From Candidatus Methanophagales archaeon (GTDB taxonomy: Archaea > Halobacteriota > Syntropharchaeia > Alkanophagales > Methanospirareceae), in the NCBI GenBank assembly GCA_021161765.1, contig JAGGZZ010000081.1, positions 1 to 39,404 of the forward strand: a DNA stretch of 39,404 nucleotides, read 5' to 3'. The translations under genes and the position numbers were made by a program. Positions 18,728 through 27,628 of the stretch are shown here, in pieces; within the stretch, counting starts at the first letter, position 1, and every line of letters starts with the position of its first letter. The notes under the pieces are model-generated. The model saw only the letters and a list, made by a program, of their open reading frames with translations. It was not told the origin of the DNA and did not search any database.

Positions 18728-18858
18728 TAAAGTATAACTTCCTTGTATTTAAGACACAGATTTACACTGATTTACGCAGATTTGTTTTTAGTTTAACCGT
18801 GTTGATTCTTATCATCTGTGTTAACCTGCGTTAATCCGTGTCAACGATTTATTTTTTC
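18728..18858 (-). repeat. Palindromic 10-bp-unit element, copy 5 (core 18752-18842)
   Basis: Reverse strand matches copy 3 including the spacer ATAAGAATCAACACGGTTAAACTAAAA; overlaps the rpoE1 stop. Confidence 0.9.
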
Positions 18859-19422
18859 TTGTTCCCCTTTCTTCTCTTTCTCCCGCTCTTCTTCTATCCA
18901 CTCTAATTTACCCAAACCCGGCTGCCGCATTGTTAATCCTATCTTACTATCCCCCGGGTCCATTTCATTTAGCGAAATCGCAACTATTCGTGCTCTTAAC
19001 TTATCCCCCTCTCCTAATGTCTTGCCCGTATCCTTGGTAACGAGCTTTTCGCCCTTCTCATCATACGAAATATATTCGTCGGTAATCTGACTGATGTGCA
19101 GCAATCCATCTAACGGACCTATCGCCACAAAAGCGCCAAATGCTACTATCTCTACTACTTCTCCTTCTACTATCTCCTGCATCTTGGGCTTGAAAACGAG
19201 CATATCAAATACCGTTTCGTAATAGACGCCACTGTCTCCTATTATTATCCTCCCTTCTTTCATATCTACAACGTCCAGTATTGCAATGACCATCCCGATC
19301 TTCTTATCCATCCGGCCTTCCAGGTTATCTTGTAACACCTCTTTTACCGTAGGTCGCAGTTCATCACCCAATCGCTCTGGTGGCACCCTTACCACATCAA
19401 TCGCTCTTATCTTCGTATACAT
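18841..19422 (-). CDS. rpoE1: DNA-directed RNA polymerase subunit E' (Rpo7)
   Basis: DVVRVPP, GRIIIGDSGVYY, FGAFVAIGPLDGLLHISQI (S1), IGLTMRQPGLGKLEWI. Confidence 0.97.
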   Translation of the reverse strand: MYTKIRAIDVVRVPPERLGDELRPTVKEVLQDNLEGRMDKKIGMVIAILDVVDMKEGRIIIGDSGVYYETVFDMLVFKPKMQEIVEGEVVEIVAFGAFVAIGPLDGLLHISQITDEYISYDEKGEKLVTKDTGKTLGEGDKLRARIVAISLNEMDPGDSKIGLTMRQPGLGKLEWIEEEREKEKKGEQEKINR

Positions 19423-19476
19423 TTCTGTTTACCCTTTCTTCTCATTTTTTATTGTATATTATGAAGTTACAAATAA

Positions 19477-19588
19477 CGTCCTTCTATTTAAGACACAGAT
19501 TTACACGGACTTATTTAAGATTAACATTGTTGATTTTATCATTCGTCTGTGTTAATCTGCGTTAATCTGTGTCTATAATTTATTTTCT
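19477..19588 (-). repeat. Palindromic 10-bp-unit element, copy 6 (core 19491-19574)
   Basis: Reverse complement of 19546-19588 is identical over 43 nt to 11532-11574; contains the ppsA stop. Confidence 0.9.
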
Positions 19589-22008
19589 ATCCTTTTCTCC
19601 ACCTCTGCTATAGCTAACCGCGTTGGTATTACTGCATCAGAATTCAACGACATTGAATCTATCCCGCATTCTACCAGGAACTCCGCAAATTCAGGGAAAT
19701 CGCTCGGCGCCTGTCCACAAATCCCTACCTTTCTCCTCGGCTTGTGCGCATGCGCAACTTCTATTACCTGCTTCACCAGCCTCTTCACCGCTTCGTTCCG
19801 CTCGTCAAATAAGCGTGCCACGAGGTCTGAATCCCTATCCAAACCCAGTGTCAGTTGTGTCAGGTCATTCGACCCTATGCTGAATCCGTCAAACACGTCC
19901 GCAAATTCATCCGCCAAAATGACGTTCGAGGGGATTTCACACATCACGTACACTTCCAATCCATTCTCTCCCTGTTTCAATCCAAATTCGTTCAGGGTCT
20001 TTATTACTTCTCTACCCTCCTCGGGCGTTCTGCAGAACGGAACCATCACCTTAACATTGGTCAGCCCCATCTCTTCCCTCACTTTCTTTATCGCCCGGCA
20101 TTCTAACCCAAATGCCGGCTTGTATTTATCGTCATAATAACGCGAAGCACCTCTCCAGCCTATCATTGGATTACTCTCCTCCGGCTCGTAAAGATACCCG
20201 CCGATTAAATTTGCATACTCGTTTGTCTTGAAGTCCGATAATCGCACTAACACCTCATTGGGATAAAATCCCGCCGCTATCTTCCCTATTCCCCGCGCTA
20301 AGTTATCCACGAAAAATTCTACTTTGTCCCTATATGAGGCGCTTCTCTTGTCTATCTCTTTAACTACTCTCGCTATCTTCCTGTCTTCCTCCTCTGTCGC
20401 CCTTTTCTTTAATTCATCGTATTCTATCAGCGCCAGAGGGTGTATGCCGATATAAGAATTAATTATGAATTCCTCTCGCGCTAAACCCACGCCATCATTA
20501 GGAATTTGACCGTGAACAAATGCGTTCTCGGGAACCCCCGCATTCATCATTATCCGGGTGCGTGGTCTTGGAAGCTTGTCCAGTGTCAGTTTTTCCGTTC
20601 TGTATTTCAACTTCCCTTCGTATATTCTTCCTACGCCTTCTGAACAATCTACCGTAACGTCTTTTACGCCTTTTAACGCCCTTGTCCCCTTAACCGTACC
20701 AACGACACAGGGTATTCCAAGTTCGCGAGAAATTATAGCGGCATGGCAGGTTCTTCCACCTCTATTGGTAATTATCGCACCTGCCACTTTCATTATCGGT
20801 TCCCAATCCGGGTCCGTCATGTTAGTAACCAGAACCTGCCCGGGCTTGAACTCATGGATGTCGCGGGTGTTTTCTATTGTAATTACCTCGCCATATCCAA
20901 TTTTAGTGCCTACTGCCTCTCCTTCGACCAGCAGCCGCCCTTGCGCCTTTAGCAACTCCCTGTCCTCTTCAAGCACGTATGTCTCAGCCACCGCAACGTT
21001 TTTTTGCGAATGCACCGTTTCCGGTCTCGCTTGAACCACGAAAAGCTCATTGGTTCTTCCATCTTTTGCCCATTCGATGTCCACCGGCGTACCATAGTGG
21101 TCTTCTATAATACAAGCCCACCTTGCGAGTGTAAGCACCTCATCGTCAGTCAGCACAAACTCCCTTTGCTGTGCTTTTTCAACTTTTTTCTGTTTGGTTC
21201 CCGTTCCTTTTTCTTTGTAAACCAGTTTCTTCCTCTTTGTCCCCAGTTTCTTCTCCACAATCGGTCTAAATCCTTCCTTTAAGGTCGGCTTAAAAACATA
21301 AAACTGGTCTGGATTTACCGTCCCCTGCACGACATTCTCGCCTAAACCGTATGCCCCCGTTATGTAAACCGCATCTCGGAAACCCGATTCTGTATCTATC
21401 GAAAACGTAACTCCGGAGCATGCCAAATCCGAGCGAACCATCTTCTGTACGCCAACTGAGAGATAGACGCTGAGATGGTCAAATCCTTTATCCACTCGAT
21501 AGGATATCGCCCTATTGGTGAATAAAGAAGCGAAGCACTCCATAACCTTTTCCACCAGTTCTTCTTCTCCTCTTACGTTCAGATATGTCTCCTGCTGCCC
21601 CGCGAATGAAGCCGTAGGCAGGTCTTCTGCCGTTGCACTGCTTCTCACCGCCACGTCTGCCCCTGCTCCATATCGCTCTTCCATCTTGCGATAAGCAGTT
21701 CTTATCTCCTCCTCTAACTCTTTCGGACAGCCTGCATTCTTTATCAATGCCCTTATATGGCTGCCTCGCGTGGATAAATTCTCCATATCGTGCGTATCTA
21801 AATCCACCAGCGCATCTCTGATTTTTTCCTGTATACCCGTTTCTTGTAGCAGATACCTGTATGCCTCAGCAGTGATGGCAAAACCAGAAGGAACCGCCAC
21901 CCCTTTTTCACTCAAGTTTCTTATCATTTCCCCAAGAGACGCATTTTTACCGCCTACCAGAGCTACGTCTCCTGTCCCTACCTCTTCAAACCATTTTATG
22001 AATTTCAT
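19573..22008 (-). CDS. ppsA: Phosphoenolpyruvate synthase (pyruvate, water dikinase)
   Basis: GGKNASLGEM, VAVRSSATAEDLP.ASFAGQQET, GGRTCHAAI (phospho-His), SIGSNDLTQ, GICGQAPSD. Confidence 0.97.
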   Translation of the reverse strand: MKFIKWFEEVGTGDVALVGGKNASLGEMIRNLSEKGVAVPSGFAITAEAYRYLLQETGIQEKIRDALVDLDTHDMENLSTRGSHIRALIKNAGCPKELEEEIRTAYRKMEERYGAGADVAVRSSATAEDLPTASFAGQQETYLNVRGEEELVEKVMECFASLFTNRAISYRVDKGFDHLSVYLSVGVQKMVRSDLACSGVTFSIDTESGFRDAVYITGAYGLGENVVQGTVNPDQFYVFKPTLKEGFRPIVEKKLGTKRKKLVYKEKGTGTKQKKVEKAQQREFVLTDDEVLTLARWACIIEDHYGTPVDIEWAKDGRTNELFVVQARPETVHSQKNVAVAETYVLEEDRELLKAQGRLLVEGEAVGTKIGYGEVITIENTRDIHEFKPGQVLVTNMTDPDWEPIMKVAGAIITNRGGRTCHAAIISRELGIPCVVGTVKGTRALKGVKDVTVDCSEGVGRIYEGKLKYRTEKLTLDKLPRPRTRIMMNAGVPENAFVHGQIPNDGVGLAREEFIINSYIGIHPLALIEYDELKKRATEEEDRKIARVVKEIDKRSASYRDKVEFFVDNLARGIGKIAAGFYPNEVLVRLSDFKTNEYANLIGGYLYEPEESNPMIGWRGASRYYDDKYKPAFGLECRAIKKVREEMGLTNVKVMVPFCRTPEEGREVIKTLNEFGLKQGENGLEVYVMCEIPSNVILADEFADVFDGFSIGSNDLTQLTLGLDRDSDLVARLFDERNEAVKRLVKQVIEVAHAHKPRRKVGICGQAPSDFPEFAEFLVECGIDSMSLNSDAVIPTRLAIAEVEKRIENKL

Positions 22009-22102
22009 GATTTGTCCCTCATTATGCCTATTCGCTAATTAGTATATACACCGATTCTTTTTTTCGTATATAAATAAATAATAATATTTTATACACCTTC
22101 CT

Positions 22103-23341
22103 ATGATTCGCTTAGGTAGAGATAAAAAAGCCGCTCTGGTGTCAATAGCAGTAACGGCGTTTCTGGCGTTCATAAAATATTCCGTTGGCGTCCTTTCCGG
22201 AAGCATTGCCTTAGTTGCAGATGCCGTTCACTCACTTACGGATGTTATAAGTTCCATTGGGGTCTTCCTCGGTCTTAAAATTTCAAGTCGTAAGCCCACC
22301 GAAGCTTTCCCATACGGATTTTACAAGGCAGAGAACATAGTAAGTCTGCTGCTTGCTCTTGCGATTTTTTATGCGGGATACGAGATTATTCTCTCATCGG
22401 TCGAAAAGTTTGAAGAGGTTGTCTTAACGGACGTTCCAATTGCGATATCCGCTGCACTAATATCGTTGGTATTCACCCTGCTTTTAAGCAGTTATAAACT
22501 CAAGGTTGGAAGAGAGACAAAATCACCCAGCTTAGTCGCCGATGGCAAGCATACAAGAACAGACGTTTATGCATCTGCCGTTGTACTACTTGGAATACTG
22601 GGGAACTACTTCGGGTTCTATGCCCTTGACCCGGTAGCAGGTATTCTGGTCGCCGTATTCATCTTCAAATCAGGCTACGAGATATTAAAAGATTCAATAA
22701 AGGTGCTGCTGGACGCATCCATAGATTATGAGAGCCTCCACAGGATACGAGAAGTTGCATCTGAAGCGAACGGCGTTAGAAAAATACGTTCCCTGAAGGC
22801 GAGAAGCTCAGGTAAATTCGTATTTGTAGAGCTGGAGATAGAAACAAACTTGAGAGACCTTGAAAGGGTGCATCATCTGAGTGATAAAATCGAAGAGAAG
22901 ATAAAATCCGAGATGAAAAATGTGGATAGAGTAATAGTGCATGTAGAGCCGGAGGAGAAGGAATTTATACGCTATGCCGTCCCCTGCACGGAAAATAACG
23001 CTCTGCAGTCCCGCGTGTCCGGGCATTTCGGTGGAGCAGAATATTTCTGTATATTTGATATGAGAACAGCAGATAACGACCTGACGGATATGCAATTCAT
23101 AAAAAACCCGTTTATCGGATTGGAGAAAATGAAAGGGCTTAGGGTCGCTGAGCTTCTGGCTACCAAAGAGATAGATAAACTGGTTACAAAAGAGAGTACT
23201 GAAATTGCAAAAAAGAGTGCGTTCTATGTTCTGGAAGATGCGTATGTGGAATTTGAAGAGACCGATGCGGATACTGTCAGAGAGATTATCAAAGAGCTAA
23301 AAAAACGAAAAAAAAGGGCTGATGATATAGAATGCCGTTAA
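22103..23341 (+). CDS. Cation diffusion facilitator (FieF-like) with C-terminal NifB/NifX-like domain
   Basis: SIALVADAVHSLTD, PYGFYKAE, LVADGKHTRTD, VIVHVEP, then YAVP...VSGHFGGAEYF. Confidence 0.9.
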   Translation: MIRLGRDKKAALVSIAVTAFLAFIKYSVGVLSGSIALVADAVHSLTDVISSIGVFLGLKISSRKPTEAFPYGFYKAENIVSLLLALAIFYAGYEIILSSVEKFEEVVLTDVPIAISAALISLVFTLLLSSYKLKVGRETKSPSLVADGKHTRTDVYASAVVLLGILGNYFGFYALDPVAGILVAVFIFKSGYEILKDSIKVLLDASIDYESLHRIREVASEANGVRKIRSLKARSSGKFVFVELEIETNLRDLERVHHLSDKIEEKIKSEMKNVDRVIVHVEPEEKEFIRYAVPCTENNALQSRVSGHFGGAEYFCIFDMRTADNDLTDMQFIKNPFIGLEKMKGLRVAELLATKEIDKLVTKESTEIAKKSAFYVLEDAYVEFEETDADTVREIIKELKKRKKRADDIECR

Positions 23342-24061
23342 CATAAAAATAACGGCTGCTGGGTAAACGAACGGCAGAGAGAACGCATAGAAAAAGAACA
23401 GCGTGAAAAAGATAATCCCTATGGGTATCGCTATCCGCTTGTCCCTTCTATTTCTATACCGTATTCTACTGGTCATCAAGCCACATAAAACGCCCATTAA
23501 AGCAATCAGAAGGAAAAAATACGGATAAAATTTCAAGGGTAATTCGATGTATACAAGCATGAACGACGCTAAAGAAATTGCAGCCATGGTAATCGGGAAC
23601 CCCTCAAAGTACACTTTTTCTTTTTCCAAAACAGAACCAGTGCTAAAAGGATACCTGGTTTCTTTCGCGTCGAACCTCGCAAGCCTTAACATCCCGCTTA
23701 TCACATACGCACCGCAGAGAGCCAATGCAATGTATGTGTAAGCGTAAACATGCAAATAATCGTTGAGAAGCACATACGTGACAATTGCAGGTGCGACACC
23801 GAAGGACACCATATCGGCAAGCGAATCAAGATATTTGCCTATGGGCGAACCACCTATATTTCTCGCTACTACGCCATCCAATCCGTCAACGACCGCCGCG
23901 GCTAAGATCAATACAAGCGCATTTTCAATTGCGCTCGCATTCGCTTTACGCAGCACAAGTAGTATCGCAGTGAAGCCGAACAAGGCATTGAGGACCGAGA
24001 GTAAATCAGGCGGTTTTATTAGCTTTAAAAGGCTCTCGTCAGAAAATTTAGTTTCGTTCAT
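23297..24061 (-). CDS. pssA: CDP-alcohol phosphatidyltransferase (archaetidylserine synthase)
   Basis: DGLDGVVAR...GKYLDSLADMVSFGVAPA, LRLARF, FEGFP. Confidence 0.9.
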   Translation of the reverse strand: MNETKFSDESLLKLIKPPDLLSVLNALFGFTAILLVLRKANASAIENALVLILAAAVVDGLDGVVARNIGGSPIGKYLDSLADMVSFGVAPAIVTYVLLNDYLHVYAYTYIALALCGAYVISGMLRLARFDAKETRYPFSTGSVLEKEKVYFEGFPITMAAISLASFMLVYIELPLKFYPYFFLLIALMGVLCGLMTSRIRYRNRRDKRIAIPIGIIFFTLFFFYAFSLPFVYPAAVIFMLTAFYIISPFFSFF

Positions 24062-24070
24062 TTTTTCGTG

Positions 24071-24234
24071 TATAAAGTATAACAGCCTTCTATTTAAGAC
24101 ACGGATTTACACAGATTTACACGGATTTTTTTCTTGTTTGTTGGACTGTGTGGGTGGCGGGGCTATTTTTAATGGCATTGCTCGTTTCATCTTGTCTGTG
24201 TTAATCTGTGTCAATCTGTGTCAACAATTTATTT
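24071..24234 (-). repeat. Palindromic 10-bp-unit element, copy 7 (core 24097-24222, long unique spacer)
   Basis: Reverse strand: AAATAAATTGTTGACACAGATTGACACAGATTAACACAGA ... AATCCGTGTAAATCTGTGTAAATCCGTGTCTTAAATAGAAGGCTGTTATACTTTATA. Confidence 0.9.
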
Positions 24235-25212
24235 ATCAAAATGTGTTTTCGCTTTACCCAGATAAAAGAAACGGTCTAATCTCCGGCTGAAATCACTCCA
24301 TACTCCTTCTTTTCCTTTCGCCTCCTCCTGCTTCTGTATCTGCATGAATTCCTTGAGCTGAGAATCGAGCAGGTCGGCATAACATAATGCCTGCGCTTCT
24401 GCAAACAACGGCTTCACCGGGGAGCCCCAGTCACCGTAATTATGATGACTCAGGATAAGATGCAGCAGCCTGAGCTCAAGTTCTTTCGGGAAACTTTTTA
24501 TCTCTTTTATTTTTTCCCCCACCATTCGGTAACCCAGCACGACATGGTCTATCAGCCCGCCTTCTTCTGTTACGTCTATCCGAAACGAATATTTATACGC
24601 CGCTGTTTTCCCTACGTCATGCAGGATGGCACCCGCAAGTAACAAATCACTATCGAGTTCGGGGTACAGCCCGCAGATGGTTTTGCATATCGCTACAACC
24701 GATTGCGTATGCTCGATCAACCCGCCGGAGTAATTATGGTGATGGAATTTAGCGGCTGGAGCCCTCTTAAACGATTTCATAAAGGTGGAGTCGTGGAGAA
24801 AAGAAAAAACCAGCTGCTTAAGATATTCGTTCTCTATACTCTCCGCTGTTTTTAATAGCTCATCAACCAGAAAGTCTATGTTTTTCGATGTTATTGGCAG
24901 ATATTCGGCGATGTCGCATGGTTCAGTACTTTTTTCAAGCCCTTCTGGCGTGAAGATTAACTGTAAACGACCTTTGAAGGATTCCACCACGCCCTTTATA
25001 CGAACAACGTCGCCGGGGTCGAACCGAGATGCGACTTCTTCCGCGTTATTCCAGCACTTCGCCCATATACTGCCCGAGCCATCTCCTAATTGCACCTGCA
25101 GGTAGTATCCCTCTTTTCTGATAAATTCCTTTAGTTCCTTCTCCATTACCAGAAAGGAGGAATCAATAGAGCTGCCAGCCTTTAAATCCTTTATCTTTTT
25201 TGTTTCGCTCAT
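24229..25212 (-). CDS. OB-fold + HD-domain 3'-5' exoribonuclease, YhaM/Cbf1 family
   Basis: LGDGSGSIWAKCW (OB), PAAKFHHHNYSGGLIEHT, ILHDVGK, LIDHV, ILSHH, ADLLDS. Confidence 0.9.
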   Translation of the reverse strand: MSETKKIKDLKAGSSIDSSFLVMEKELKEFIRKEGYYLQVQLGDGSGSIWAKCWNNAEEVASRFDPGDVVRIKGVVESFKGRLQLIFTPEGLEKSTEPCDIAEYLPITSKNIDFLVDELLKTAESIENEYLKQLVFSFLHDSTFMKSFKRAPAAKFHHHNYSGGLIEHTQSVVAICKTICGLYPELDSDLLLAGAILHDVGKTAAYKYSFRIDVTEEGGLIDHVVLGYRMVGEKIKEIKSFPKELELRLLHLILSHHNYGDWGSPVKPLFAEAQALCYADLLDSQLKEFMQIQKQEEAKGKEGVWSDFSRRLDRFFYLGKAKTHFDK

Positions 25213-25214
25213 TT

Positions 25215-26687
25215 TTATTTTTCCTGAGAAAGTATATTTTCAATTGGAATGCCTTTCAAAAACAGCATTCCATCTGAAGACCCAATCGCAAATAGATAGT
25301 GGATGTCGCCATGTAAGTTATCGTAAGGCACCTTCTGAACTCGATAATAAATAGTTCCATCTCTCACGATAGAGCATTGACCGGTCCTTAATACCATATC
25401 GTCATGATTATAATATAATGGCACAGCATGATGTTTCGCAGAACCAATTACAGATGGGATATTAATGCTTTTCAGCAGCATACCTTCTGCAAAAGAATCG
25501 TCAGTACAATGCCCAATAAAGAAGTTATTCTCCTTAAAATATCCCCACATCCAGTCGGGATTGGCTATACATTCTGTTTGGATAGTTTTTCCATCAATTG
25601 TTATGTTAGGTGTTGAGGGCAAATTAGGTGGTTTATGTGGTTCTATCGGATAAATAAAGTGTTTTTCTTTGCTTTGACCCCAACCGTAAACGTAAGCGGA
25701 TATACATCCAGCTATCATATCTACTTTATCACCATAATGTTCACCGGCTGATGACCGAGCGACTGTTCTATTGAAAATTGTTAATAATTCTCCTATGGCG
25801 AAATTAGAGCGTTCTATGGGCTTATCGTTCAATTCAGCAAATCCGTTTCTGAACATCCAGTCTCTCATCTCTTCCAATGTGGTTTTATTGACAAACAGCC
25901 ATGCGAAATCCTCTGAATTCATCTGTCTGTCGTGAAATTCATCATACCAAAATAATGTTTTCTTTGTATGAACTGGAATTCCATCTTCGTATACAAATCC
26001 CATTTCTGGGGGAATCGGATAATAAATACCCATAGCGCCCCACACTAAACCAATATCCACTTCGAGCGGATAATCAGCAGCTTTCCAGGGAATCTCCTTT
26101 TCTTCTATGATTTCATCAGTCGCTTTTATGTAATCATACATGGCAGAAACATACTTTTTAACGCTCTGGTCAACCTGGTCATCACCGATAGTAACCACTG
26201 AACCATAATCTAAGGCTAAAGCCAAAGCAACCCGCTCATAATCTTTATCTATTCTGTTTGTGGATGCCAACCAGAACAAAACTTCCAGTTGAGTGTTGTA
26301 TTCTGGTGTTTCAAAATCTACCCAATGCCCTTTCTCTTCTGGCGGGACGCCGTACTCCTCTATCAATTGCAAACCCTGCTGAACTTCGGGGTCTGGGCTT
26401 CTCATTAGATTGGCAATTCGTTCTGCCGCTTCTATCTCCTCTTGTGTAATCCCATCTTGAATTTCTGGTAGATTATTGAAGTCATCAGCAAGGTCATCCA
26501 AGTTAAGCGTGATATCCTGTATAAAACCGCCGTTATTCATTTTATCCTTAGTTATAGTGTAGTTGAATTCTGTTATATTGCCTCGATTATCTCTTGCAAA
26601 AAATGTTGGCTGCACAAGTACCGATACCGCTATGCACACTGCTAATGCACCCACAAGAGAGAATAGCCTCTTTTTCGTTTTGTTCAT
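25215..26687 (-). CDS. Secreted/membrane-anchored hypothetical protein, possible transglutaminase-like domain
   Basis: N-terminal hydrophobic segment; C-terminal GHCTDDSFAEGMLLKSINIPS..HHA resembles the G.C.D..(L)L.S.GIP..H core. Confidence 0.6.
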   Translation of the reverse strand: MNKTKKRLFSLVGALAVCIAVSVLVQPTFFARDNRGNITEFNYTITKDKMNNGGFIQDITLNLDDLADDFNNLPEIQDGITQEEIEAAERIANLMRSPDPEVQQGLQLIEEYGVPPEEKGHWVDFETPEYNTQLEVLFWLASTNRIDKDYERVALALALDYGSVVTIGDDQVDQSVKKYVSAMYDYIKATDEIIEEKEIPWKAADYPLEVDIGLVWGAMGIYYPIPPEMGFVYEDGIPVHTKKTLFWYDEFHDRQMNSEDFAWLFVNKTTLEEMRDWMFRNGFAELNDKPIERSNFAIGELLTIFNRTVARSSAGEHYGDKVDMIAGCISAYVYGWGQSKEKHFIYPIEPHKPPNLPSTPNITIDGKTIQTECIANPDWMWGYFKENNFFIGHCTDDSFAEGMLLKSINIPSVIGSAKHHAVPLYYNHDDMVLRTGQCSIVRDGTIYYRVQKVPYDNLHGDIHYLFAIGSSDGMLFLKGIPIENILSQEK

Positions 26688-26708
26688 CCTCTTTAAGTGT
26701 CTTTTCTC

Positions 26709-27515
26709 TTATTCCTCTTCCAACTCAGCCATCATCTCATCCATCGAATATATCCCCGCTTCCTCTTTCCTGTTAATCCATTCAATGGCTTTTATCGCAC
26801 CCCGAGCGAAAGCTTCTCGACTGTGTGCACGATGTGTTATCTCCAGTCGCTCTCCCTTGCCCGCATACAATACCGTGTGGTCGCCAACGATGTCCCCTGC
26901 ACGGATTGCATGTATTCCTATCTCCTCATCCGTTCTCTCTCCTGTGATGCCCTGCCTGCCATAGACAAATGCTGTTTTTTCTCCGAGGCAATCAGCGAGG
27001 ATTCCCGCGGCTTTTACCGCCGTCCCGCTTGGAGCGTCCTTTTTATGCGAGTGGTGCATCTCTATAATCTCGGTATGATACCGGTATGGCAAAAAATGCC
27101 GTGCCGCATCGGCAATCAATTTCCAGAAGACGTTCACACCGATAGAGAAGTTAGGGGAAATAATAGCAGGGACATGGTCTTTTATAGCGTTTTCCATCTC
27201 TTTGAATTGCACCTCCGAGAATCCCGTGGTGCCAACCACGAGCTTTAGGTTGTTACGAGCGGCGGCTTTAACGTTTTCAACTGCTGCTGCTGCATTCGTA
27301 AAATCCACGAACACATCCGGCTTGACCCTGTTTAACACGTGCTCCAGTTCTTCTGGACTCGATATTTTTACTCCCGTTCCCGGTGCTATTTCTTCTCCTA
27401 CACCACGGGAATCAAAACCCGCCACCAGTTCCATATTCTCGGTTTCCAGAACGCTTCTCACCACCTGACCGCCCATTCTACCTCTTGCTCCCGCAACCGC
27501 TACTTTTATTGCCAT
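26709..27515 (-). CDS. dapB: 4-hydroxy-tetrahydrodipicolinate reductase
   Basis: VAGARGRMG, VDFT, VVGTTG, PNFSIG, EMHHSHKKDAPSGTA, IRAGDIVGDH. Confidence 0.97.
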   Translation of the reverse strand: MAIKVAVAGARGRMGGQVVRSVLETENMELVAGFDSRGVGEEIAPGTGVKISSPEELEHVLNRVKPDVFVDFTNAAAAVENVKAAARNNLKLVVGTTGFSEVQFKEMENAIKDHVPAIISPNFSIGVNVFWKLIADAARHFLPYRYHTEIIEMHHSHKKDAPSGTAVKAAGILADCLGEKTAFVYGRQGITGERTDEEIGIHAIRAGDIVGDHTVLYAGKGERLEITHRAHSREAFARGAIKAIEWINRKEEAGIYSMDEMMAELEEE

Positions 27516-27539
27516 GATTAATCCAAAAGTTAGCTCTTT

Positions 27540-27628
27540 AAAACTTTTAAAAAGGTTTATGTTTCTTTGATCAAACTTTCTTTGTGAAAGAAAGTTTGTT
27601 GGTAAGCATTCTTTCTAAGAAAAGCTTT
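27540..27628. repeat. AT-rich palindromic repeat family B cluster in the dapB-rnz divergent spacer
   Basis: AAACTTTTAAAAAGGTTT; perfect 11-bp hairpin AAACTTTCTTT-GTG-AAAGAAAGTTT; AAGCATTCTTTCTAAGAAAAGCTT. Confidence 0.6.

Noticed and set aside
11546..19574. CRISPR array interpretation of the ACACAGATT repeats
   Set aside because: Units are 10 bp, abut each other, are inverted around one spacer and are dispersed. There is no regular repeat-spacer array and no cas genes.
23763..24290. ORFs containing ICVNLC / TQIYTD-type peptides (also near 19286-19565 and 36920-37285)
   Set aside because: These are translations of the repeat arms and antisense shadows of real genes.
27584..27628. N-terminal extension of RNase Z
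   Set aside because: Encoded by the AT-rich palindromic repeat; the conserved start is MLRITFLGT at 27629.
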